Part shown: positions 48,377-57,394 of the stretch, in pieces
Numbering within the stretch: position 1 is the first letter of the stretch
Layout: each line of letters opens with the position of its first letter
Assembly: GCA_020635275.1 (NCBI GenBank)
Contig: JACKAA010000004.1
Location: 4,411 to 68,410 of the forward strand
DNA from: Ignavibacteriales bacterium
Lineage (GTDB): Bacteria > Bacteroidota > Ignavibacteria > Ignavibacteriales > Melioribacteraceae
Reading direction: 5' to 3'
DNA: 64,000 nucleotides
Position numbers and translations under genes: made by a program
Notes under the pieces: model-generated
What the model saw: the letters and a program-made list of their open reading frames with translations, nothing else
Database searches by the model: none
Told to the model about the DNA's origin: nothing

Positions 48377-49681
48377 ATGAAAATGAAAAAGAACCTTTTT
48401 CAATTAATTATCGTATTAGTGATTTTTATCGTTAACAATTCATTTGCATCAGAATTTAATTCAGATACAACATATTCTCGTTGGATAATAAATTCTAGAA
48501 TGAGTGATTTTAGAAATAAATCAGAAACCATACATTTTAAAACTTCTACGACAGAAAGAAATATTCAATGGGATTATGTTCCTGGTCTAGTTGCTAAAGC
48601 AATTTTAATGACTTGGGAATACTACCAAAATGAGTCGTGGAGTATTCCATTATATGAAGCTGTTGAAGACTATGCAGATAATATTAAAATGAGGATTGAA
48701 GAAAGTAATATTGATGACTTAAATGCAGGGAAAATCTTTTTTGAATTGTATCGTGGAGCAAAAGCTAAAGGTCAAAACGATAAAGCGGAAAAGTATAAAG
48801 AAAATGCAACTATCTGTCGTGATAAACTTGTAAATGATCAAATTCGTATTGCTGCACCATTGCCAGGTGCCGGAGGCTTTTGGCACAAAAAAAAATATGT
48901 AAATCAAATGTGGCTTGATGGCCTTTATATGGGACCGGCTTTATATGCTGAATGGCAAGGAAATTTTGGTATAGAAAAATGTAAAAAAGATAATTATAAA
49001 GCTTGGGATGACATTGCTTTGCAATTTGATACTGTGTTTGCTTATACTTGGGATGTAGAGAAAAAACTTAACTATCATGCATGGTCTGCTGAGCCGGAAA
49101 ATGAAGAGTCCTCATTTTGGGCTGATCCTATTACCGGACGATCACAAGAATTTTGGGCAAGAGGCATGGGATGGTTTTTCGCAGCGCTAGTTGATGTTCT
49201 TGAATATATGCCTGAAGATCATTCTGCTAGAACTCGTATAGAGAAATATGCAAATATGGTTGCTGATGGTTTAAAAGATCGTCAAGATTCTAAGTCGGGC
49301 TGTTGGTATCAACTTCTTCAATATGATAACACACTGTCCAGTTCATGTGGAATAAATAATTATTTAGAATCTTCAGCGTCATCGATGTATACATATGCTT
49401 ACCTTAAAGGAATTCGTTTAGAAATTTTAGATAAAAACAAATATATGCCGGTAGCTCAAAAAGCTTATAAAGGTTTAATCAACAATTTTATTGTAGAAGA
49501 ACCGAATGGAAAAATTAAAATTGTTCAAAGTTGTGAATCGGCAGGTTTAAGTAATACTCGCAAAGGTGATGCTGATTATTATTTATGCGGTAAAGATGTT
49601 AAAATAAATAATGATACTGAAGGAAAGGTTTTGGGACCGTTTATTATGGCTAGCTTGGAATTTGAAAAACTTAAGAAATAA
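48377..49681 (+). CDS. GH105 unsaturated rhamnogalacturonyl hydrolase (YteR/YesR-like)
   Basis: It has a signal peptide. QMWLDGLYMGPA contains the YteR catalytic Asp motif, and FWARGMGWFFAALVDVLEYMP is present. Confidence 0.8.
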   Translation: MKMKKNLFQLIIVLVIFIVNNSFASEFNSDTTYSRWIINSRMSDFRNKSETIHFKTSTTERNIQWDYVPGLVAKAILMTWEYYQNESWSIPLYEAVEDYADNIKMRIEESNIDDLNAGKIFFELYRGAKAKGQNDKAEKYKENATICRDKLVNDQIRIAAPLPGAGGFWHKKKYVNQMWLDGLYMGPALYAEWQGNFGIEKCKKDNYKAWDDIALQFDTVFAYTWDVEKKLNYHAWSAEPENEESSFWADPITGRSQEFWARGMGWFFAALVDVLEYMPEDHSARTRIEKYANMVADGLKDRQDSKSGCWYQLLQYDNTLSSSCGINNYLESSASSMYTYAYLKGIRLEILDKNKYMPVAQKAYKGLINNFIVEEPNGKIKIVQSCESAGLSNTRKGDADYYLCGKDVKINNDTEGKVLGPFIMASLEFEKLKK

Positions 49682-49722
49682 AATTTATTTAAATAGAAAA
49701 TAAAATTGTTAGGGTAAATTAA

Positions 49723-50997
49723 GTGCTATATTATGCTAAAGGCTCAGAAAACGAAGTTATAAATTCGCAAGAATTACGGGAAGCTTTATTCACAGTTTTT
49801 GAAAAAATTGGTGAAAAGAAAAAGGTTCTAGCACTTCCACCAGATTTTACAAGATATCATTCAAGAGCGGGAGAACTTACCACTTTTGTGTACGAATATT
49901 TCAAAGAAAAACTTACAGATGTGTTACCGGCATTAGGCACTCATTTTGCAATGACTGAAAAAGAAATTGATAAAATGTTTCCTGGAATTCCTCATGATCT
50001 TTTTAGAGTTCATAATTGGCGGGAAGATTTAGAAACTTTAGGATATGTTCCAAGTGAATTTGTTAAAGAAGTATCAGATGGAAAAGTTGATTATGATTGG
50101 CCGGCACAAGTTAATAAACTTCTTGTTGATGGAGGATTTGATCTGATATTATCAATTGGTCAAGTCGTTCCACATGAAGTTGTGGGAATGGCAAATTATA
50201 ACAAAAATATTTTTGTCGGTACTGGAGGTTCAGAAGGAATTAATAAAAGTCATTTCCTTGGTGCTGCGTATGGAATGGAAAAAATGATGGGTCGCGCGGA
50301 TACACCGGTTCGCAAAGTACTAAATTATGCTTCAGATAATTTTGCAAAACATCTGCCAATAGTCTACATTCAAACAGTTATTGGAAAAGATGAAAACGGC
50401 AAACTGGTTGTAAGAGGATTATTTATTGGAAATGATTTTGAATGCTTTAAGTTAGCAGCTGATCTATCATTAAAAGTAAATTTTGAAATGTTAGATAAAC
50501 CTCTGAAAAAAGTTGTAGTATTTCTTGATCCTACAGAATTTAAATCAACATGGCTTGGAAATAAAAGTGTATACAGAACCCGCATGGCTATTGAGGATGA
50601 TGGCGAACTAATTGTACTGGCTCCAGGATTGAGAGAGTTTGGTGAAGATCCAGGAATTGATAAATTAATTAGAAAATATGGTTACGTTACAACTCCGGAA
50701 GTTTTAGAATTAGTCGATAAAAATGATGATCTGAAAAATAATTTAAGCGCTGCTGCACATTTGATTCATGGATCATCAGAAGGTAGATTCAAAATTACTT
50801 ATTGCCCGGGTAAATTGACAAAGGAAGAAATTGAAAGTGTTAATTTCAATTATTCTGAATTAGATGAAATGTTGAAAAAGTATAATCCTGAAAAATTAAA
50901 TGATGGATTTAACACAATGCCGGACGGTGAAGAAATATTTTATATCTCTAATCCGGCTTTAGGTTTGTGGGCTTGGAAAGAAAAATTTATTGATTAA
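49723..50997 (+). CDS. LarA-like (DUF2088, nickel-pincer-cofactor lactate racemase family) putative sugar-acid racemase/epimerase
   Basis: It has a GTG start and is 424 aa. In GQVVPHEVVGMANYNKNIFVGTGGSEGINKSH the His-x9-Lys-x15-His spacing equals LarA His174/Lys184/His200 as I recall them. An upstream ALGTH is also present. Confidence 0.6.
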   Translation: MLYYAKGSENEVINSQELREALFTVFEKIGEKKKVLALPPDFTRYHSRAGELTTFVYEYFKEKLTDVLPALGTHFAMTEKEIDKMFPGIPHDLFRVHNWREDLETLGYVPSEFVKEVSDGKVDYDWPAQVNKLLVDGGFDLILSIGQVVPHEVVGMANYNKNIFVGTGGSEGINKSHFLGAAYGMEKMMGRADTPVRKVLNYASDNFAKHLPIVYIQTVIGKDENGKLVVRGLFIGNDFECFKLAADLSLKVNFEMLDKPLKKVVVFLDPTEFKSTWLGNKSVYRTRMAIEDDGELIVLAPGLREFGEDPGIDKLIRKYGYVTTPEVLELVDKNDDLKNNLSAAAHLIHGSSEGRFKITYCPGKLTKEEIESVNFNYSELDEMLKKYNPEKLNDGFNTMPDGEEIFYISNPALGLWAWKEKFID

Positions 50998-51049
50998 ATA
51001 TTGATATGTTTCATTTTTAGCAACACTCAAAATGAAAAATTATTTTTTT

Positions 51050-51077
51050 GTCATTTCGAACGAATGTGAGAAATCTC
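51050..51077 (+). repeat. Hairpin repeat element E2 (GTCATTTCGAACGAATGTGAGAAATCTC)
   Basis: It shares TTTTGTCATT(C/T)C...ACGAA.GTG.GAA.TC with E1. The outer stem is ATTTC/GAAAT, with an imperfect inner stem. It lies between the LarA-like gene and pdxB. Confidence 0.5.
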
Positions 51078-51089
51078 ATTGATGAATAA

Positions 51090-52244
51090 TTGACTGTGAA
51101 GAATAAAATAAAAATAATTGCAGATGATAAAATTCCTTTTCTTAAAGGTGTTTTAGAACCTTATGGAAATATTGAATATTACCCTGGAAAGGAAATTACT
51201 AAGGATAAAATAATTGATGCTGATGCCTTAATTATTAGAACCAGAACAAAATGTAATGCTGATTTACTTTATGACACAAATGTAAAATTAATTACAACTG
51301 CCACAATTGGATATGATCATATTGATACAAACTATTGTGAAGAAAATAATTTAAAATGGTTAAACGCACCGGGTTGTAATTCATCATCGGTTCATCAATA
51401 TATTACAACTGTTCTTTTACATATTGCAGAAAAAGAAAATATTGATCTAACTCAAAAAGTATTAGGTATTGTTGGTGTTGGTAATGTGGGATCAAAAATT
51501 CAGAAAGCAGCTAATGCACTAGGAATGAAAATTTTGCTGAATGATCCGCCTAGAGAAAGAAATGAAAGTAATTCAAAATTTGTCTCATTAGAAAAAATTA
51601 AAGAAGAAGCTGATATTATCACATATCACGTTCCATTAAATAATGATGGTATTGATAAAACTTATCACTTAGCTGATGAAAAATTTTTTAATGAACTAAA
51701 TAAAATGCCAATAATTATAAACTCATCTCGTGGAGAAGTTGTAGAAACATCGGCGATTAAAAATGCAATCAAAAATAAAAAAGTAAGTAATGTTATTTTA
51801 GATGTTTGGGAAAATGAGCCGGAAATTGATTTGGAACTTTTAGAAATGACGGATATTTCAACTCCGCATATTGCCGGTTATTCTGCAGAAGGTAAAGCAA
51901 ATGGAACATCGGTTTGTGTGAATGCTGTTAATAAGTTTTTCAATTTAGGTATTCAAGAAAATTGGTATCCAACAGAAATTCCTTTATCCAAAAATGGAAA
52001 TGAAATTGAAATAGATTGCTCAAATAAAAATGATCAGCAAATTCTGAGTGAAGCAGTTTCACAAACTTATGATTTATTGTATGATAGCATTTTGCTAAAA
52101 AAATCTCCAGAGACTTTTGAAAAACAAAGGGGAGATTATCCAATAAGAAGAGAGTTTTCGAATTATAAAGTGAAATTAAAAAGCAATAATTCAAGCGTTG
52201 AAAAAAAAATAAAGAAGCTTGGATTCAAAATTTTAAATAATTAA
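51090..52244 (+). CDS. pdxB: 4-phosphoerythronate dehydrogenase-like D-2-hydroxyacid dehydrogenase
   Basis: It is colinear with E. coli PdxB as recalled: KIIADDKIPF, DALIIRTRTK, TATIGYDHID, APGCNSSSV, GIVGVGNVG, DPPR, HLADEKFF, LDVWENEPE, HIAGYSAEGKANGT. The start codon is uncertain (TTG at 51090 or GTG at 51096). Confidence 0.75.
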   Translation: MTVKNKIKIIADDKIPFLKGVLEPYGNIEYYPGKEITKDKIIDADALIIRTRTKCNADLLYDTNVKLITTATIGYDHIDTNYCEENNLKWLNAPGCNSSSVHQYITTVLLHIAEKENIDLTQKVLGIVGVGNVGSKIQKAANALGMKILLNDPPRERNESNSKFVSLEKIKEEADIITYHVPLNNDGIDKTYHLADEKFFNELNKMPIIINSSRGEVVETSAIKNAIKNKKVSNVILDVWENEPEIDLELLEMTDISTPHIAGYSAEGKANGTSVCVNAVNKFFNLGIQENWYPTEIPLSKNGNEIEIDCSNKNDQQILSEAVSQTYDLLYDSILLKKSPETFEKQRGDYPIRREFSNYKVKLKSNNSSVEKKIKKLGFKILNN

Positions 52245-52271
52245 TTTACATAAAAATTAAATAGGTAGAAA

Positions 52272-53726
52272 ATGGAACAAAAAGGTGATATTGGAGTAGT
52301 TGGTCTCGCTGTTATGGGCGAAAATTTAGTTTTGAATATGGAAAGCAAAGGATTTACCGTCTCTGTTTATAATAGAACGGTAGAGAAAGTTGATAATTTT
52401 ATAAACGGCAGAGGTAGTGATAAAAATATAATTGGCACTCGATCAGTTGAAGAATTTGCTGCTTCATTAAAAACACCAAGAAAAGTAATGATAATGGTTA
52501 AAGCAGGGAAACCGGTTGATGAATTTATCGATCAAGTTATTCCTTATCTTGAAAAAGGTGATATAATAATTGATGGTGGAAATTCACATTTTCCAGATAC
52601 AATAAGACGAACTGAGTATGTTGAAAGCAAAGGATTACTATATATTGGAACAGGGGTTTCTGGAGGTGAAGAAGGTGCATTGTTAGGTCCATCAATTATG
52701 CCTGGCGGTTCACCAGAAGCTTGGGAACATGTAAAACCAATTTTTCAATCAATTTCTGCAAAAGTCGAAGACGGCAGTCCGTGTTGTGATTGGGTTGGTG
52801 AAAATGGTGCTGGCCATTTTGTTAAAATGGTTCACAATGGAATTGAATATGGTGATATGCAATTAATTACGGAAGCATATCAAATTATGAAAGAGCTTTT
52901 GGGAATGACTTCAGATGAAATGCACGAAGTATTTAAAGAATGGAATGAAGGTGAGTTAGATAGTTATTTAATTGAAATCACAAGAGATATTTTAGCATAC
53001 AAAGATGAAGATGGTGAACCACTTGTAGAAAAAATTCTTGATACTGCCGGACAAAAAGGAACTGGCAAATGGACTGGGATTGCAGCTCTAGATTTAGGTG
53101 TTCCTTTAACTTTAATTGGAGAAGCAGTTTTTGGCAGATGTTTGTCAGCTCAAAAGAAAGAAAGAGTTGAGGCATCAAAAATATTAAGTGGACCAACTCC
53201 AAAATTTGAAGGTGATAAAAAAGAATTTATAGATGATTTAGAAAAAGCACTTTATGCTTCCAAACTTGTTTCTTATGCGCAAGGCTATGTTTTAATGAGA
53301 GCAGCAGCAGAAGAATATGGGTGGAATCTTAATAATGGCGGAATTGCTTTAATGTGGAGAGGTGGATGTATTATCCGTTCAGTATTCTTAGGAAAGATTA
53401 AAGATGCATTTGATAATAATCCAAATCTGACAAATCTTTTACTTGACCCATTTTTCAAATCTAAAATTGAAGAAGCTCAGGTTAGTTGGAGAAAAGTAAT
53501 TGCTACAGCTGTTACAAATGGGATTTGGGTGCCTGCATTGAGTACCGCTCTAAATTATTTTGATGGATTTAGAAATGAAAGATTACCTGCAAACTTGTTA
53601 CAAGCTCAAAGAGATTATTTTGGTGCTCATACTTATGAAAGAATAGATAAACCAAGAGGCGAGTTCTTCCATACTAATTGGACAGGCAGAGGTGGAGATA
53701 CAGCCTCCTCAACTTATAATGTTTAG
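52272..53726 (+). CDS. gnd: 6-phosphogluconate dehydrogenase (decarboxylating)
   Basis: GVVGLAVMGENLVLNM, IIDGGNSHF, GTGVSGGEEGA, HFVKMVHNGIEYGDMQLI and RDYFGAHTYER are canonical Gnd motifs. Confidence 0.9.
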   Translation: MEQKGDIGVVGLAVMGENLVLNMESKGFTVSVYNRTVEKVDNFINGRGSDKNIIGTRSVEEFAASLKTPRKVMIMVKAGKPVDEFIDQVIPYLEKGDIIIDGGNSHFPDTIRRTEYVESKGLLYIGTGVSGGEEGALLGPSIMPGGSPEAWEHVKPIFQSISAKVEDGSPCCDWVGENGAGHFVKMVHNGIEYGDMQLITEAYQIMKELLGMTSDEMHEVFKEWNEGELDSYLIEITRDILAYKDEDGEPLVEKILDTAGQKGTGKWTGIAALDLGVPLTLIGEAVFGRCLSAQKKERVEASKILSGPTPKFEGDKKEFIDDLEKALYASKLVSYAQGYVLMRAAAEEYGWNLNNGGIALMWRGGCIIRSVFLGKIKDAFDNNPNLTNLLLDPFFKSKIEEAQVSWRKVIATAVTNGIWVPALSTALNYFDGFRNERLPANLLQAQRDYFGAHTYERIDKPRGEFFHTNWTGRGGDTASSTYNV

Positions 53727-53745
53727 TAATTTAAATGATATAATT

Positions 53746-54723
53746 ATGCAAAAAATAAAAATTATTGTTCTAGTTGTTTTATCAATATTTGTTTTATCGT
53801 GCAGTAAAACATCTAATGTAAAAAAGCTTAAAATTGGTCACGGCTTAGATCAATCGCACCCAGTTCATAAGGCAATGCTTTACATGGCTGAGCAAGCTGC
53901 AAAAAAATCAAATGGAACTTTACAAATATCTGTTTATCCTAGTCAGCAATTAGGAACTGAAAGAGAGTGTCTTGAACTACTCCAAATAGGAAGTTTAGCA
54001 ATGACTAAAGTTTCTTCATCTGTACTTGAGGGATTTGCACCAATCTTTAAAGTTTTTAGTTTGCCTTATATTTTCAAAAGTGAAGAACATAAATTTAATG
54101 TTTTTGAAGGTAAGGTTGGAGAAGAACTCTTATTAAGTCCGCAGAAATTTTGGTTACGCGGTTTGTGTTTTTACGATGCCGGCAGCAGAAGTTTTTATAC
54201 CAAGGAAAAACCAATCAATACTCCGGCAGATTTAGCTGGTTTAAAAATTAGAACTCAGGAAAGTGCAACTTCAGTAAAATTAGTAAATGCTTTAGGCGGT
54301 TCTGCAACTCCAATTTCGTGGGGTGAGCTGTATACAGCATTGCAGCAAGGTGTTGTTGATGGAGCAGAAAATAATCCGCCGAGTTTTTATTTATCAAGAC
54401 ATTATGAAGTTTGTAAATATTATTCCATTGATGAACACACGGCTGTTCCCGATGTTCTTTTAATAAGCACAATTATTTGGAATGATCTTACACCTCGAGA
54501 GCAAAAATGGCTGCAAGAATCTGCAAATGAATCATATGTATATCAGAAAAAACTTTGGAAAGAAAGCACCATGGAATCATTGAAAGCTGTGGAAGAAGCT
54601 GGCGTAGAAATTTCTTATCCAGATAAAACTCCTTTTATAGAAAAAGTTCAACCACTTCTTGAAGAATATAAAGAAGAAAAAGATGTTTACGATTTAATTC
54701 AAAAAATTAAAAATGTAAAATAG
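53746..54723 (+). CDS. TRAP transporter substrate-binding protein (DctP family), lipoprotein
   Basis: The start was moved to the ATG at 53746 (MQKIKIIVLVVLSIFVLSCSK). DctP-type motifs are present (GTERECLELLQIGSL, FYDAGSRSFY, LKIRTQES, ALQQGVVDGAENN). Confidence 0.85.
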   Translation: MQKIKIIVLVVLSIFVLSCSKTSNVKKLKIGHGLDQSHPVHKAMLYMAEQAAKKSNGTLQISVYPSQQLGTERECLELLQIGSLAMTKVSSSVLEGFAPIFKVFSLPYIFKSEEHKFNVFEGKVGEELLLSPQKFWLRGLCFYDAGSRSFYTKEKPINTPADLAGLKIRTQESATSVKLVNALGGSATPISWGELYTALQQGVVDGAENNPPSFYLSRHYEVCKYYSIDEHTAVPDVLLISTIIWNDLTPREQKWLQESANESYVYQKKLWKESTMESLKAVEEAGVEISYPDKTPFIEKVQPLLEEYKEEKDVYDLIQKIKNVK

Positions 54724-54725
54724 TT

Positions 54726-55208
54726 ATGATGACATTAAAATTAAAGATTGATAAAGTATTAAAATGGGTTTTGGTTATAATAATGGCCGCAATGACTATT
54801 AACGTTTTGTGGCAAGTATTTACAAGATTCATTTTACAAGATCCAAGTTCATTTACTGAAGAATTAGCACGTTATATGTTAATTTGGATTGGTATTTTAG
54901 GTGCAAGTTACGTTGCCGGTCAAAAAATGCATTTGGCAATTGACCTCCTATCAACAAAATTGACGAGTGTTAAAAAAAGCTACTTAGAAATTTTCATTCA
55001 ATCTATGATATTTCTTTTTGCATTTTTTGTGATGGTGATTGGTGGAATTAGATTAGTAAATATTACTCTAACTTTAAATCAAATTTCTGCAGCGTTGCAA
55101 ATTCCGCTTGGCTATGTATATTCAGTTGTGCCGTTAAGTGGAGCACTAATGATGTTTTATTCTTTGGCGTTTATTATTGAAGAATTTGGTAAAAATAAAT
55201 CTTCTTAA
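54726..55208 (+). CDS. TRAP transporter small permease (DctQ family)
   Basis: This 160-aa protein has four predicted hydrophobic helices. FTEELARYMLIWIGILGASY is typical of DctQ. It lies between the DctP and DctM genes. Confidence 0.8.
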   Translation: MMTLKLKIDKVLKWVLVIIMAAMTINVLWQVFTRFILQDPSSFTEELARYMLIWIGILGASYVAGQKMHLAIDLLSTKLTSVKKSYLEIFIQSMIFLFAFFVMVIGGIRLVNITLTLNQISAALQIPLGYVYSVVPLSGALMMFYSLAFIIEEFGKNKSS

Positions 55209-55229
55209 AAGATTATATCGGGAAAGTTC

Positions 55230-56528
55230 ATGGAAATTTATGAAATATTAGTTTTAGTTGTTTCGTTTATCTTATTACTTTCAGTTGGAGTTCCAATTTC
55301 TTTTAGTATTGGAATTTCAAGTTTGTTAACAATGTTGTTAAGCATAAACACAGTTCCTTCGTTAACTACCGTTTCGCAAAGAATGGCAACGGGTTTGGAT
55401 AGTTTTGCACTATTAGCGATTCCATTTTTTATTTTGGCTGGTCAATTAATGAACAGTGGTGGAATTGCCCGAAGATTGATAGACTTTGCAAAAGTGTTGG
55501 TTGGTAAATTACCTGGGGGATTAGCTTTTGTAAATATCTTAGCTGCAATGTTTTTTGGTGCAATATCCGGTTCAGCAGTTGCTGCGGCTTCTGCAATCGG
55601 TGGTTTTATGACACCCGTAATGGAAAAAGAAGGTTATGACAAACCATTTTCTGCAGCTGTAAATATAACTTCGGCAACTACGGGATTAATTATTCCTCCT
55701 AGTAATATTTTAATTGTTTACTCACTTGCCAGTGGTGGGGTTTCAATTGCAGCATTGTTTTTAGCTGGTTATATTCCTGGAATTATTTTTGGTTTAGCAC
55801 TTATGGTAGTAGCATTTGTTCATGCTAAAAGACGTAATTATAAAGTTAATTTAGAAATATCTTTCAGTGAAGCAGTAAAAAAATTCTTTGATGCAATTCC
55901 AAGTTTACTTTTAATTGTAATTGTGATTGGGGGAATAGTTGCCGGATATTTTACTGCTACAGAAGCGTCGGCAATAGCTGTTTTATATGCTTTTATTTTA
56001 TCCGTTTTTATATATGGTGAAATAAAAGTTAAAGACTTACCGGAAATTCTGCTACAAAGTGCTTCAACAACTGCAATTGTAATGTTATTAGTTGGAACAT
56101 CTATGGCAATGAGCTGGGTTATGGCCTATGAAAATATTCCCCAAAATGTTGCTCAAGCTTTATTGGCACTTTCAGAAAATAAAATTATTATTTTAATCAT
56201 TATAAATTTAATTCTACTATTTATTGGCACTTTTATGGATATGACTCCTGCAGTGTTAATTTTTACTCCTATCTTTTTACCAGTTGTTACTCAATTAGGA
56301 GTAAATCCAATTCATTTTGGAATTATGATGGTGATGAACTTAAGTGTCGGTTTATGCACACCGCCAGTTGGTAGTGTACTTTTTGTTGGTTGTTCTGTTG
56401 CTGATTTACCAATCACTAAAGTTATTAAGCCTCTAATTCCAATGTTCATTGCTATGATTATTGCATTGTTATTAGTAACATATATTCCAGAATTAAGTTT
56501 ATATGTACCACAATTTTTTGGATACTAA
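55230..56528 (+). CDS. TRAP transporter large permease (DctM family)
   Basis: This 432-aa polytopic membrane protein carries LLAIPFFILAGQLMNSGGIARRL and AAMFFGAISGSAVA, which are DctM hallmarks. Confidence 0.9.
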   Translation: MEIYEILVLVVSFILLLSVGVPISFSIGISSLLTMLLSINTVPSLTTVSQRMATGLDSFALLAIPFFILAGQLMNSGGIARRLIDFAKVLVGKLPGGLAFVNILAAMFFGAISGSAVAAASAIGGFMTPVMEKEGYDKPFSAAVNITSATTGLIIPPSNILIVYSLASGGVSIAALFLAGYIPGIIFGLALMVVAFVHAKRRNYKVNLEISFSEAVKKFFDAIPSLLLIVIVIGGIVAGYFTATEASAIAVLYAFILSVFIYGEIKVKDLPEILLQSASTTAIVMLLVGTSMAMSWVMAYENIPQNVAQALLALSENKIIILIIINLILLFIGTFMDMTPAVLIFTPIFLPVVTQLGVNPIHFGIMMVMNLSVGLCTPPVGSVLFVGCSVADLPITKVIKPLIPMFIAMIIALLLVTYIPELSLYVPQFFGY

Positions 56529-56546
56529 AAATTAAAGGAGAAATAA

Positions 56547-57380
56547 ATGGAAGTAAGATACTCACCAGACAAAGATGGCTTTAAGAGAATGAACTCGGAA
56601 GAATTAAGAAAAAGTTTCTTAATTGATAGTCTATTCGTAAAAAATCAAATTCCAATGGTTTACTCAGATATTGATCGATCAATTACCGGATCTGCAGTGC
56701 CTTCAGGTAAAACACTAAAGTTGACTGCTTCAAAAAAAGAAATGGCTGCAGAATATTTTGCAGAAAGAAGAGAAATTGGAATTATTAATATCGGCGGTAA
56801 AGGAACAATTACTGTTGATAAAAAGAATTATTCAATGAATAATATTGATGCACTTTATGTTGGTAGAGGAGCAAAAAATATTTCATTTAAAAGTGCAAGC
56901 AGTAAAAATCCTGCAATGTTCTATTTTGTAAGTTATCCTGCACACTCTGCTTATCCAGTAAAACAAATTAAATTAGAAGATGCAGAATCAGTAAAATTAG
57001 GTAGTTTAGCTGACTCTAATGCAAGAACAATCCACAAATATATTTTACCTGGTAAAGTTGAAACCTGTCAGTTGGTAATGGGATTAACAATTCTGGAAGA
57101 GGGTAGTGTTTGGAATACAATGCCAGCTCACACTCATCAAAGAAGATCTGAAGTTTATATGTATTTTGGTTTAAGAAAAGAATCTGTTGTTTTTCATATG
57201 TTAGGAGAAGCAGAAGAAACACGACATATTGTTATGAGAGATAAACAGGCGGTTCTTTCAACAAGCTGGTCATTACACTCCGGTGCTGGAACTCAAAACT
57301 ATTCGTTCATTTGGGCAATGGGTGGAGAGAACCAAGCTTTTGATGATATGGATTGGATCCCAATGACAAAACTTAAATAA
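56547..57380 (+). CDS. kduI: 5-dehydro-4-deoxy-D-glucuronate isomerase
   Basis: It is colinear with E. coli KduI: ERREIGIINIGG, ETCQLVMGLT, WNTMPAHTHQRRSEVYMYF, ETRHIVM, WSLHSGAGT, FIWAMGGENQAFDDMD. Confidence 0.9.
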   Translation: MEVRYSPDKDGFKRMNSEELRKSFLIDSLFVKNQIPMVYSDIDRSITGSAVPSGKTLKLTASKKEMAAEYFAERREIGIINIGGKGTITVDKKNYSMNNIDALYVGRGAKNISFKSASSKNPAMFYFVSYPAHSAYPVKQIKLEDAESVKLGSLADSNARTIHKYILPGKVETCQLVMGLTILEEGSVWNTMPAHTHQRRSEVYMYFGLRKESVVFHMLGEAEETRHIVMRDKQAVLSTSWSLHSGAGTQNYSFIWAMGGENQAFDDMDWIPMTKLK

Positions 57381-57394
57381 ATTCCGAGATAATA

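Noticed and set aside
53692-53745. N-terminal extensions in the ORF track: dctP from 53692 (overlapping gnd), kdgK from the TTG at 46140, the PL9-like gene from the GTG at 27431, glcG-like from 14302, Gfo from 62007, and the LamG giant from the TTG at 23299.
   Set aside because: In each case an internal ATG begins a clean signal peptide or the conserved family N-terminus. Each also has a better RBS or an ATGA/TAATG coupling with the upstream stop. The shorter forms were annotated.
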